From Candidatus Eiseniibacteriota bacterium (GTDB taxonomy: Bacteria; Eisenbacteria; RBG-16-71-46): a stretch of 64,000 nt of DNA. This document shows, piece after piece, positions 47,466 through 55,542 of this stretch. Positions within the stretch are counted from its first letter, which is position 1. Each line of letters starts with the position of its first letter. The notes beneath the pieces were generated by a model. The model did not search any database. It was not told the DNA's origin and saw nothing but the letters and a program-made list of their open reading frames with translations. The translations under genes and the position numbers were made by a program. The DNA lies in the NCBI GenBank assembly GCA_044223005.1, contig JBGAML010000001.1, positions 128,001 through 192,000 on the forward strand, written 5' to 3'.

Positions 47466-48272
47466 TCAGTCGCCGGCGTCGCTCCCGGTGGTCGCGAGCG
47501 GGAACTCGACCAGCGCGGTGCCGATCCCCGGCAGCGTCTCGCGCTCGAGCACTTCGCCGGACACGTTGCCCAGCAGCAGGAACCCGCGCAGCATCTCGAG
47601 GTGCCGCAGGTCCACCTCGGGACGCGCGCGCCCGCCCCACTTGCGCACGGCCGCGTCGAGTTCGTCCCATTCGGCGGTCCGCAGCGCGGCGAGCACGCGC
47701 TCGTCGAGTGCCGCGCACTCGGGCACGTCGCGCCGCAGGTTGAACGCGTGCAGGTTCCACGACAGCGCACCGCCGACCGCGAACAGCACCGGCTCGGGCC
47801 AGGCGTGCAGCGCCTGCCGAACCGCCTCGCCCCAGGCGCGATGCTCCTCGCGCGAGCCCTCGCCGATCGAGAGCGGCACGACCGGCACGCGCAGCGCGCG
47901 CGCGAAGAAGTGCAGCGGCACGCTCGCGCCCGAATCCATGCCGTGCGCCGCGACCGACGCGCGCACCCCGTGCCGGCCCGCATGTTCGACGATCGCTCGC
48001 GCGAGCGCGGGATGGCCGGCGACGTCGTGCCGCGGCTCGACGCCGAAGTCGGGCAGGTCGACGACCGAACGGTGCCGCCGGGCGTCGTCGGCGCGGAACG
48101 CGTCCGGGCTCGACCAGCGCGCCGACGCGATCACGATCGCGGCGGGAGATTCCGCGGCCGCGCGGCGGCCGGAGGCCTCGAGCGCCTCGATCATCTCGGT
48201 GATGTCGCCGCGCTGCTCGTCGATGAGCATCGTCGGGACGCTGGGCAGCAGGTAGGCACGGGACGTGAGCAT
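47466..48272 (-). CDS. LigB/DODA-fold dioxygenase-like protein with degenerate metal ligands
   Basis: IVIASARW, GHPALA, GMDSGASVPL, PVVPLS, GGALSWNL align to LigB motifs but most His residues are replaced. Confidence 0.75.
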   Translation of the reverse strand: MLTSRAYLLPSVPTMLIDEQRGDITEMIEALEASGRRAAAESPAAIVIASARWSSPDAFRADDARRHRSVVDLPDFGVEPRHDVAGHPALARAIVEHAGRHGVRASVAAHGMDSGASVPLHFFARALRVPVVPLSIGEGSREEHRAWGEAVRQALHAWPEPVLFAVGGALSWNLHAFNLRRDVPECAALDERVLAALRTAEWDELDAAVRKWGGRARPEVDLRHLEMLRGFLLLGNVSGEVLERETLPGIGTALVEFPLATTGSDAGD

Positions 48273-48355
48273 GGCCGGTGGACATTAGAGGACGGCGCGC
48301 CTGCGGCCAAGCCGGGCCCGTTGTGCCGGTGCGCCGCGAGACGTAGGTTGGGCGC

Positions 48356-48976
48356 ATGGACGACCCGAAACCGCCCGTGCATCCGTGGGACGAACGCTAC
48401 GCCGAGCCCGGCTGGGCGTTCGGCGACCAGCCCAACGATTTCCTGCGCGAAATGGCCCAGCGGCTGCCGCGCGGCCGCGTGCTGTGCCTCGCCGAGGGCG
48501 AGGGCCGCAATGCGGTCTTCCTCGCGACGCTCGGCCACGACGTGACCGGCGTGGACCTCTCTCCCGTCGGCCTCGTGAAGGCGCGCGAGCTGGCGGCCAC
48601 GCGCGGGGTCTCGATCCACACCGAAGTCGCCGACCTCGCGACGTGGCCGATCGAACCGGGCGCCTGGCAGGGGATCGTCTCGATCTTCGCGCACGTGCCG
48701 CCCGAAGTGCGCGGCCCTCTGCACCGCGCGGTCGTGGCCGGGCTCGCGCCCGGCGGCGTGCTGGTGCTCGAGGCGTACCGGCCCGGCCAGGAGGAACGCG
48801 GCACCGGCGGGCCGAGCGATGCGTCGCGGTTCATGACGCTCGACGTCCTGCGGCGCGAGCTCGCGGGGCTCGAGTTCGAGGTCGGCCGCGAACTGGAGCG
48901 CGAGGTGATCGAGGGCCGCTACCACACGGGCCGCGCCGACGTGGTGCAGGTCGTCGCGCGCAAGCCGCTCGCCTGA
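48356..48976 (+). CDS. class I SAM-dependent methyltransferase
   Basis: WDERY, PNDFL, VLCLAEGEGRNAVFLA, VTGVDLS, L.PGG. Confidence 0.92.
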   Translation: MDDPKPPVHPWDERYAEPGWAFGDQPNDFLREMAQRLPRGRVLCLAEGEGRNAVFLATLGHDVTGVDLSPVGLVKARELAATRGVSIHTEVADLATWPIEPGAWQGIVSIFAHVPPEVRGPLHRAVVAGLAPGGVLVLEAYRPGQEERGTGGPSDASRFMTLDVLRRELAGLEFEVGRELEREVIEGRYHTGRADVVQVVARKPLA

Positions 48977-49006
48977 GTCCCGGGCGCGTGCGGCGCCCGC
49001 GGCCGG

Positions 49007-50020
49007 TCAGCGCTCGCCGAGCCCCTCGCGTGCCCGCTCGGCCGCGCGCTCGTTGCCGGCGGCGATCGCCACGCCGTGCGCCCGAGCGTCGGCGAGCAGC
49101 TCGCCGGGCAGCGGGAACATGATCCGCTCCTCGGTGAGCATGAACGACTCGACGCGAAACTCGCCGAGCTCGCACACGCGGCGCACGCACGCCTGCACGA
49201 CGTCCTCGGGCGTCGAGGCGCCGGCCGTGAGGCCCACGTCGCCGACGAGCCACTCGGGGCGGATGTCCTCCGCCGACTCGATCAGGTACGCCTTCGAGCC
49301 GAGCGCCGCCGCGACCTCGACCAGCCGGTTGGCGTTGCTGCTCGCGGGCGCGCCGACCACGAGCACCGTGCCGCAGCGCGGCGCCATCGCCCGCACGGCG
49401 TTCTGGCGGTTCTGCGTCGCGTAGCAGATGTCGTCCTTGGCCGGCTCCTTCACCTTCGGATAGCGGCGGCGCAGCGCTTCCACCATCGCGCGGCAGTCGT
49501 CGAGCGAAAGCGTCGTCTGCGTGATGTACGCGACGCGCTCGGGATCGGGCAGCTGCAGCGCCTCGACCTCCGCGACGTTCTCGCACACGTGGATCGCCTC
49601 CGGCGCCTCGCCGAGCGTGCCGATCACTTCGACGTGCGTGCGGTGCCCGATCAGCACGATGCTGTAGCCCTCGCGCGCGTAGCGCAGCGCCTCGAGGTGC
49701 ACCTTGGTGACGAGCGGGCACGTCGCATCGAGCGAACGCAGGCCGCGGGCCTTCGCCTCGGCGCGCACCGCGGGCGAGATGCCATGGGCGGAGAAGATCA
49801 CGACGGCACCGGCCGGGACGTCGGCCAGATCGTCGGTGAAGATCGCGCCCTTGCGGCGCAGGTCCTCGACGACGTGGCGGTTGTGCACGATCTCGTGCCG
49901 CACCCAGATGGGCGCGCCGTAGACCTGCAGGGCCATTTCGACGATGTCGATCGCGCGATCGACGCCGGCGCAGAAGCCGCGCGGCGCGGCGAGATGGAGC
50001 GTACGGGGCTGGGAGGACAT
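49007..50020 (-). CDS. ispH: 4-hydroxy-3-methylbut-2-enyl diphosphate reductase
   Basis: PRGFCAGVDRAI, SAHG, DATCPLVTKVH, TQTTLS, DICYATQNRQ, TAGASTP. Confidence 0.97.
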   Translation of the reverse strand: MSSQPRTLHLAAPRGFCAGVDRAIDIVEMALQVYGAPIWVRHEIVHNRHVVEDLRRKGAIFTDDLADVPAGAVVIFSAHGISPAVRAEAKARGLRSLDATCPLVTKVHLEALRYAREGYSIVLIGHRTHVEVIGTLGEAPEAIHVCENVAEVEALQLPDPERVAYITQTTLSLDDCRAMVEALRRRYPKVKEPAKDDICYATQNRQNAVRAMAPRCGTVLVVGAPASSNANRLVEVAAALGSKAYLIESAEDIRPEWLVGDVGLTAGASTPEDVVQACVRRVCELGEFRVESFMLTEERIMFPLPGELLADARAHGVAIAAGNERAAERAREGLGER

Positions 50021-50078
50021 GGACCGTGAGGGTAGCCCACCCGCGCGCGGGCGCACAACGCCGCCCGGCGCCGGCGCG

Positions 50079-51380
50079 TCAGCGCGCGCGGCGCGTGCCG
50101 GAAGGTTTCGCGGGTGCGAGCGGCTTCGCGGCAGCGCCCGGGCGCGCAGGCCCCGCCGCCGTGTCCGGGCGCGGCGGCAGCGGGTGCGCGAGGCTGTCCG
50201 CGCGATAGAGCGCGCGCAGCGAATCCGGGGCGCGCGCCCGCATCGCGGCGATCAGGGCGCCGACGCGCACGCGCTGCTCCGGCAGCGGCAGGGCGTCCTG
50301 GGCGCGCCGCAGCTCGGCGAGCGCGGCGCGGTCGTCCCCGCTCTCGTGCAACGCCATGCCGAGCGCGAGCCGCGCCTCGCCCGAGCGCGGCGCCGCCTCG
50401 ACGCCCTCGCGCGCCAGCGCGAGCGCGTCGTCCTTGCGGCCGAGCGCGGCGAAGCGCTCCATGGCCTCCATGCGCAGCGCGGGCGTGTCCGGGCGCTGCG
50501 CGAGCCACGGCCGGAAGCTCCGCGCCGCGTCGAGCGGCCGCCCGAGCGAATCGAGCACGCCGATACGGCCGCGCCACGCGAGCGCGAGGCTCGAGTCGCG
50601 CGCGAGCGCGCGATCGTAGGCCGCGAGCGCCGCGTCCCAGTTCCGCAGCCGCCGCTCGAGATTGCCGAGGTTCACCCAGGCGCCACCGTCCTTCGGGTCG
50701 AGCGTCGTGGCCCGCGCGTACGCGTCCCGCGCCTCCGCGTCGCGATGTCGCGACGCCATCAGCACCCCGAGGTCGCGCCACGCGTCCGCGTCCTTCGCAT
50801 CCAGCTGGAGCGCGCGCCGCAGCGCACCCTCGCCCTGCGCGGCGCGGCCGGCCGCCGAGTACGCGAACCCGAGCGCCTGCCAGGATGGCTCGTCGCTGGC
50901 GTCGGTCGCGACGAGCGATTCGAGGTGCGCGATCGCGGCCGCCGTGTCGCCGACCTGCACGAGCTCGAGCCCGAGCCAGCGCCGCGCGTCGCGGTACCCC
51001 GGCTGGTTGCGCAACTCGGCCGCGTACTCGCGGGCCGCGTGGGCGTGCTCGCCGACCGCGGAGTAGAGCCGGCCCATGCGGAAATGCGCCTCGGTCACCT
51101 GCGGATCGAGCGACACGGCGACGCGATACGCCGCGATCGCCGCCGCCGGCTGCCCCTGGCGCTCGAGCTCGCGGCCCATCGCGTAGCGTTCGCGCGCGCG
51201 GCGCGCGGCCACTGCGACGCCGGTGTCGGCGGGCGCCGCGGCGCGGCCGGGCACGATGAGCGGCGCGGCCGAAGGGCCCGCGTGCAGCGTGTCCGCGTGC
51301 GGCGGCACGAGCACGGGAGGCGCCGTCGCGAGCAGCGACGCGGTGAGCAGCGGGGCGAAGAGCAGCGCGATCGGGGTCAT
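50079..51380 (-). CDS. secreted tetratricopeptide repeat protein
   Basis: Signal peptide; repeated A..LDP...A...LG TPR units. Confidence 0.85.
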   Translation of the reverse strand: MTPIALLFAPLLTASLLATAPPVLVPPHADTLHAGPSAAPLIVPGRAAAPADTGVAVAARRARERYAMGRELERQGQPAAAIAAYRVAVSLDPQVTEAHFRMGRLYSAVGEHAHAAREYAAELRNQPGYRDARRWLGLELVQVGDTAAAIAHLESLVATDASDEPSWQALGFAYSAAGRAAQGEGALRRALQLDAKDADAWRDLGVLMASRHRDAEARDAYARATTLDPKDGGAWVNLGNLERRLRNWDAALAAYDRALARDSSLALAWRGRIGVLDSLGRPLDAARSFRPWLAQRPDTPALRMEAMERFAALGRKDDALALAREGVEAAPRSGEARLALGMALHESGDDRAALAELRRAQDALPLPEQRVRVGALIAAMRARAPDSLRALYRADSLAHPLPPRPDTAAGPARPGAAAKPLAPAKPSGTRRAR

Positions 51381-51553
51381 GGACCCGCCGAGCCTACACG
51401 TCCCGGGTGGCCGCGCGCCAAGCCCGGCGGCGAGTTTGCACGTCCGGGACGCCGGCGGCCCACCGGCGCCGCCCGCGCCCCGACGGACGCTCCCGTCCTG
51501 ACGCGGCCCGCACACGGCGCGCGAGCCCCTGTGCTAGCGTGGCCTTCGCCGCC

Positions 51554-53317
51554 ATGAGGAACCGCGCCTTCGTTCGCCTCGCGGTGTCGCTGGCCGTCGC
51601 CGCGCTCGGGATCGTGGACCTGGTGTCCGCGCTCGTCTCCCGCCCTCCCGAACGCATCGTCGCGCTGCGCCATCTCGTACCCACCGACGTGCTCGACACG
51701 AGCCGTACGTTCACGCTGCTCGCCGGCGTGCTGCTGCTGCTCACGGCGAACGGCCTGAGCCGCGGCAAGCGGCGCGCGTTCGTGACCGCGCTCCTGCTGG
51801 CCGCGGTCTCCGTGCCCGTGAACATGCTCAAGGCGTTCGATTTCGAGGAAGCCACGGTCGCGGCGCTGATGATGTTCGTGCTCGGCGTCACCGGCGACGC
51901 GTTCACGGTCAAGAGCCGCGAACTCACGTTCCGCGGCATGTTCGTGCCGATCGTGCTCGTGCTCGGGGGCTTCGTGGTCTACACGGTCGGCGGCTCGTGG
52001 CTGATCGAGGCGCTCTACAGCCCGCGGCAGGCGTCGCTGTCGCGCGCGATCGGCGAGGCGCTCTACCAGGTCTTCGGCGTGGGTGCTCCCGTGATCGAGG
52101 TCGAGCGCCAGCACCATGTCGTGCGCTGGTTCCTCGGATCGATCTCCATGATCGGGATCACGCTGGTCCTCGGCGTCGCGGCCATGCTGCTGCGGCCCGC
52201 GCAGCACCGTGGCCGTCACCGTTCCGAGCGCGAGCGCGTGAGCGAGCTCGTGCGCCGCTACGGCGACAGCACGGTGAGCGTGTTCGCGCTCGACGACGAC
52301 GTGGACTACTTCTTCAGCGCCAACGGCCGGGCGGTGATCGCGTACCAGTTCGAGGCCGACGTGCTGCTGGTGATCGGCGACCCGATCGGTCCGCCCGAGG
52401 AGATGCCGGCGCTGCTCGACGCGTTCGAGCGCTTCTGCCGCGACCACGACTGGGTGTTCGCCTTCTACCAGGTACGCCCCGAACGGCTGGCGGACTACAC
52501 ATCCCGTGGCTGGAGCGCGGTGCACATCGGCGAGGACCCGGTGCTCAAGCCCCAGTCGTTCACGCTCGAGGGCTCGGCGCTCGGCAACGTGCGGCGCCAG
52601 GTCCGCAAGCTCGAGAAGGCCGGGCTCCAGGTGCGCCACTTCGTGCCCGGCGCGAATCCGTTCGACCCCGCGCAGGACCCCGATCACCTGCTCGACCAGA
52701 TCCGCGCGATCTCGCAGGAGTGGGTGAAGGGCAAGTCCGGCGGCGAAAAGGGCTTCTGCATGGGGCGCTTCCAGCCCGAGGCGCTCGGCGAGGTGTGGCT
52801 CAGCGTCGCGTGGGATCCGGCGAAGCGCCGCGTGGAGGCGTTCTGCACGTGGACGCCGATCTGGGCGCGCCGGGGCTGGGCGATCGACCTCATGCGCCGG
52901 CACCATGACGCCCCGACCGGCGCGATGGAACTGCTGGTCGTGCACGCGGTGCAGCATGCGAAGGAGCGCGGCGACGAGCTGATGTCGCTCTCGCTCTCGG
53001 CGCTCGTGAAGGTGCAGTCGCCGGCGGCCGGCGGTGAAGGGCCGGTCGTGACCGAGGACCCCGCGCGCACGTTCCTGATCCAGCGGCTGAGCCGCTTCTA
53101 CGATTTCCAGGGCCTCTTCCGCTGGAAGCGGAAGTTCAACCCCGAGTTCGAGGACCGCTTCCTCGCCTACCCGCAGGCACTCGCGCTGCCGCGCATCGCG
53201 CTCGCGCTGGTGCGCGCCCAGAGCCCCGGCGGGCTCATGCAGTACTTCCGCCGTGACGAAGCCCCGGCGCGCGAGGAACCCGCGAACGCACCGGTGGTGG
53301 CGGGCGACGCGGCGTAG
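51554..53317 (+). CDS. aminoacyl-phosphatidylglycerol synthase domain protein (DUF2156/MprF C-terminal, LysX-like)
   Basis: GL.RGKRRA TM region; YFFS, GDPIG, IGED, DLMRR, G.MELL, FYDFQGL.RWK.KF.P. Confidence 0.88.
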   Translation: MRNRAFVRLAVSLAVAALGIVDLVSALVSRPPERIVALRHLVPTDVLDTSRTFTLLAGVLLLLTANGLSRGKRRAFVTALLLAAVSVPVNMLKAFDFEEATVAALMMFVLGVTGDAFTVKSRELTFRGMFVPIVLVLGGFVVYTVGGSWLIEALYSPRQASLSRAIGEALYQVFGVGAPVIEVERQHHVVRWFLGSISMIGITLVLGVAAMLLRPAQHRGRHRSERERVSELVRRYGDSTVSVFALDDDVDYFFSANGRAVIAYQFEADVLLVIGDPIGPPEEMPALLDAFERFCRDHDWVFAFYQVRPERLADYTSRGWSAVHIGEDPVLKPQSFTLEGSALGNVRRQVRKLEKAGLQVRHFVPGANPFDPAQDPDHLLDQIRAISQEWVKGKSGGEKGFCMGRFQPEALGEVWLSVAWDPAKRRVEAFCTWTPIWARRGWAIDLMRRHHDAPTGAMELLVVHAVQHAKERGDELMSLSLSALVKVQSPAAGGEGPVVTEDPARTFLIQRLSRFYDFQGLFRWKRKFNPEFEDRFLAYPQALALPRIALALVRAQSPGGLMQYFRRDEAPAREEPANAPVVAGDAA

Positions 53318-53333
53318 ACGTCCCGGACGCGAA

Positions 53334-53367
53334 GCGGCCCCGCGATCGTCGCCGATCGCGGGGCCGC
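53334..53367. terminator. hairpin between convergent genes
   Basis: GCGGCCCCGCGATCG-tcgc-CGATCGCGGGGCCGC perfect 15-bp stem. Confidence 0.7.
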
Positions 53368-53389
53368 CGTGTTCGTGCGGACGTCGCGG

Positions 53390-54193
53390 CTACTTGCCCG
53401 TGAAGTTCGCCTTGCGCTTCTCGATGTAGGCCGCGAGACCTTCCTTGGCGTCCTCGCCCTGGAAGAGCAGCTGCTGCAGCTCACGCTCCACGGCGAGCGC
53501 GCTCTCGAACGGGATCTCGGCGCCGGACTGCACCGCACGCTTGATGCGGCCGACGGCCTTGGACGCGCGGTGCGGCGGGCAGAACTGCTCGGCGTAGGCC
53601 TGGACCTTGTCGAGGAACTCGGCGTTGTTCGCCGTCTCCCAGATGTCGTTGATGATGCCGAGATCGAGCGCCTTCTCGAACCCGAACACCTCGGCCGTGC
53701 ACATGAGCTCGATCGCCTTGCTCTTGTTCACGAGCCGCGCGAGGCGCTGCGTGCCGCCCGTGCCGGGGAGGACCCCGAGGTTGATCTCGGGCAGCCCGAC
53801 CTTGCCGGCGCCCTTGCGCGCGATGCGGATGTCGGCGGCCATCGCGATCTCGAGCCCGCCACCGACCGTGTGCCCGTTCAGCGCCGCGATCACGATCTTC
53901 GGCGTCTGCTCGAGACGGTTGAGCGTCTCGTTGGCGTGCAGGCAGAAGTAGTACTTGAAGGTCGGGTCGGCCTTCTTGAGCATGTTGATGTCGGCGCCCG
54001 CGCAGAAGAACTTCTCGCCCGCCCCGCGGAGCACGATCGCCTGCACGTCGTTGTCGAACCGCGCGCGCAGGATCGCGTCGTCGAGCTGCTTCATCATCTC
54101 GTGCGTGTAGCAGTTGCCCGGATCGAACGTCAGCTCGAGCGTCATCACGCCGTTCTTGACGGACGTGTTCACCATCGTCTGCGTGGCTTCCAT
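53390..54193 (-). CDS. enoyl-CoA hydratase/isomerase family protein
   Basis: FFCAGADI, IAALNGHTVGGGLEIAMAADIR, GLPEINLGVLPG.GGTQRL. Confidence 0.93.
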   Translation of the reverse strand: MEATQTMVNTSVKNGVMTLELTFDPGNCYTHEMMKQLDDAILRARFDNDVQAIVLRGAGEKFFCAGADINMLKKADPTFKYYFCLHANETLNRLEQTPKIVIAALNGHTVGGGLEIAMAADIRIARKGAGKVGLPEINLGVLPGTGGTQRLARLVNKSKAIELMCTAEVFGFEKALDLGIINDIWETANNAEFLDKVQAYAEQFCPPHRASKAVGRIKRAVQSGAEIPFESALAVERELQQLLFQGEDAKEGLAAYIEKRKANFTGK

Positions 54194-54411
54194 GGCGGGA
54201 GGTCTCCGGTGGAATGGGGGTGCGAGAGGTGCGGATCCGCGGCGCCCCCGCCCAACGGGGAACCGGCCGCCGATGCAACGCTGCCGAAGTGCGCGGCAGT
54301 ATAGGAGGGCCCAAAAAGGCCGGTCAACGCCCCGGCTCGACACCCGGCCCCTCGCTCGCGGGAGCGAGCCCCGGCGTGCGCGGATGCGCCCGGGCGTGCC
54401 ATAGTGCCGCC

Positions 54412-55278
54412 ATGTTCCGTCGCACCGCGTTCGCGCTCGCGGCCCTGGCCGCGCTCGTGCTCGGTCCGCCGGCCGCTGGCGCCGGTGGCCGCGTCGAGTT
54501 CCGCAGCCTGATGCCGCCGTCGCTCCCGGGCGTCCAGAAGGACTGCCGCGTCTACCTCCCGCCGTCGTACGACCGCCCCGAGGCCCGCACGCGCCGCTAC
54601 CCGGTGCTCGTGTTCCTCCACGGCTGGCCCGGCAGCGAGGGCAACTGGCCCGGCCAGGGACATGCGATCGAGACGCTCGACCAGATGAGCGCCGCGGGCG
54701 AGATCCCCGAGGTGATCGCGCTCTTCCCCGACGGCGGCGGCGTGGGGCTCTTCGGCCGCTCGATCTGGCTCGACGCGGCCGGCGGCCGCTCGAACATGGA
54801 GCAGTTCCTCGTGCGCGATCTCGTGGCGTGGGCGGACAGCACGCTGCGCACGCGCCCCGGGGCGCGCTGGCGAGGGGTGGTCGGACTCTCGGACGGCGCC
54901 ACCGGAGCGATGAACCTCGTCCTGCGCCATCCGAGCGTGTTCGGCGCCTGCGAGGCGCACAGCGGCGACTTCCGCCTCGCGCGCGACATGAGCAGTGGGC
55001 ACATCTTCGGCGACGAGCCGGGCGCGTCGAAGCTCCGCGCCGAGTACAGCCCGCTCGAATACCTCGCACGCGTCGCGAACGACGTGAAGGGCTGCACGAT
55101 CTACTTCGACTGCGGCAGCGACGACGAATCGATCGCGGACAACCGAGAGCTCGACCGGCGCATGACCGAGCTCGGGATCCCGCACACGTTCCACGAGTTC
55201 CCGGGCAGCCACGACTGGGGCTACTGGCGGACGCACCTGCACGACGGGCTCCGGGTCGTGACTGCCGGAATGCGTTAA
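54412..55278 (+). CDS. secreted esterase (alpha/beta hydrolase)
   Basis: Signal peptide; VYLPPSY, YPVLVFLHG, GLSDG nucleophile, DCG.DD, G.HDWGYW. Confidence 0.9.
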   Translation: MFRRTAFALAALAALVLGPPAAGAGGRVEFRSLMPPSLPGVQKDCRVYLPPSYDRPEARTRRYPVLVFLHGWPGSEGNWPGQGHAIETLDQMSAAGEIPEVIALFPDGGGVGLFGRSIWLDAAGGRSNMEQFLVRDLVAWADSTLRTRPGARWRGVVGLSDGATGAMNLVLRHPSVFGACEAHSGDFRLARDMSSGHIFGDEPGASKLRAEYSPLEYLARVANDVKGCTIYFDCGSDDESIADNRELDRRMTELGIPHTFHEFPGSHDWGYWRTHLHDGLRVVTAGMR

Positions 55279-55542
55279 GCACGGCCGACCGGACCCATCT
55301 GGGCCATTTGCACCGCGATCCGCGATCGGGCCCACGACCCGGCGCCGCCCGCGCTCGCCCGGCGGGGCTTTGGTGTGTCCCAATCCCCCCGCTTCGACGG
55401 TACAATGAAGGCGCACCGGCTCCTGCCGGCCCCGGAACCACGGATTGCGCGTCCGTGGCCCGGGAAGTGCACCCAGACCCTTCGGACGCGAGCCTCGCTC
55501 GCCGGTACGACCCTGCCCGTCGACAGCCAGGAGACCCACCTC

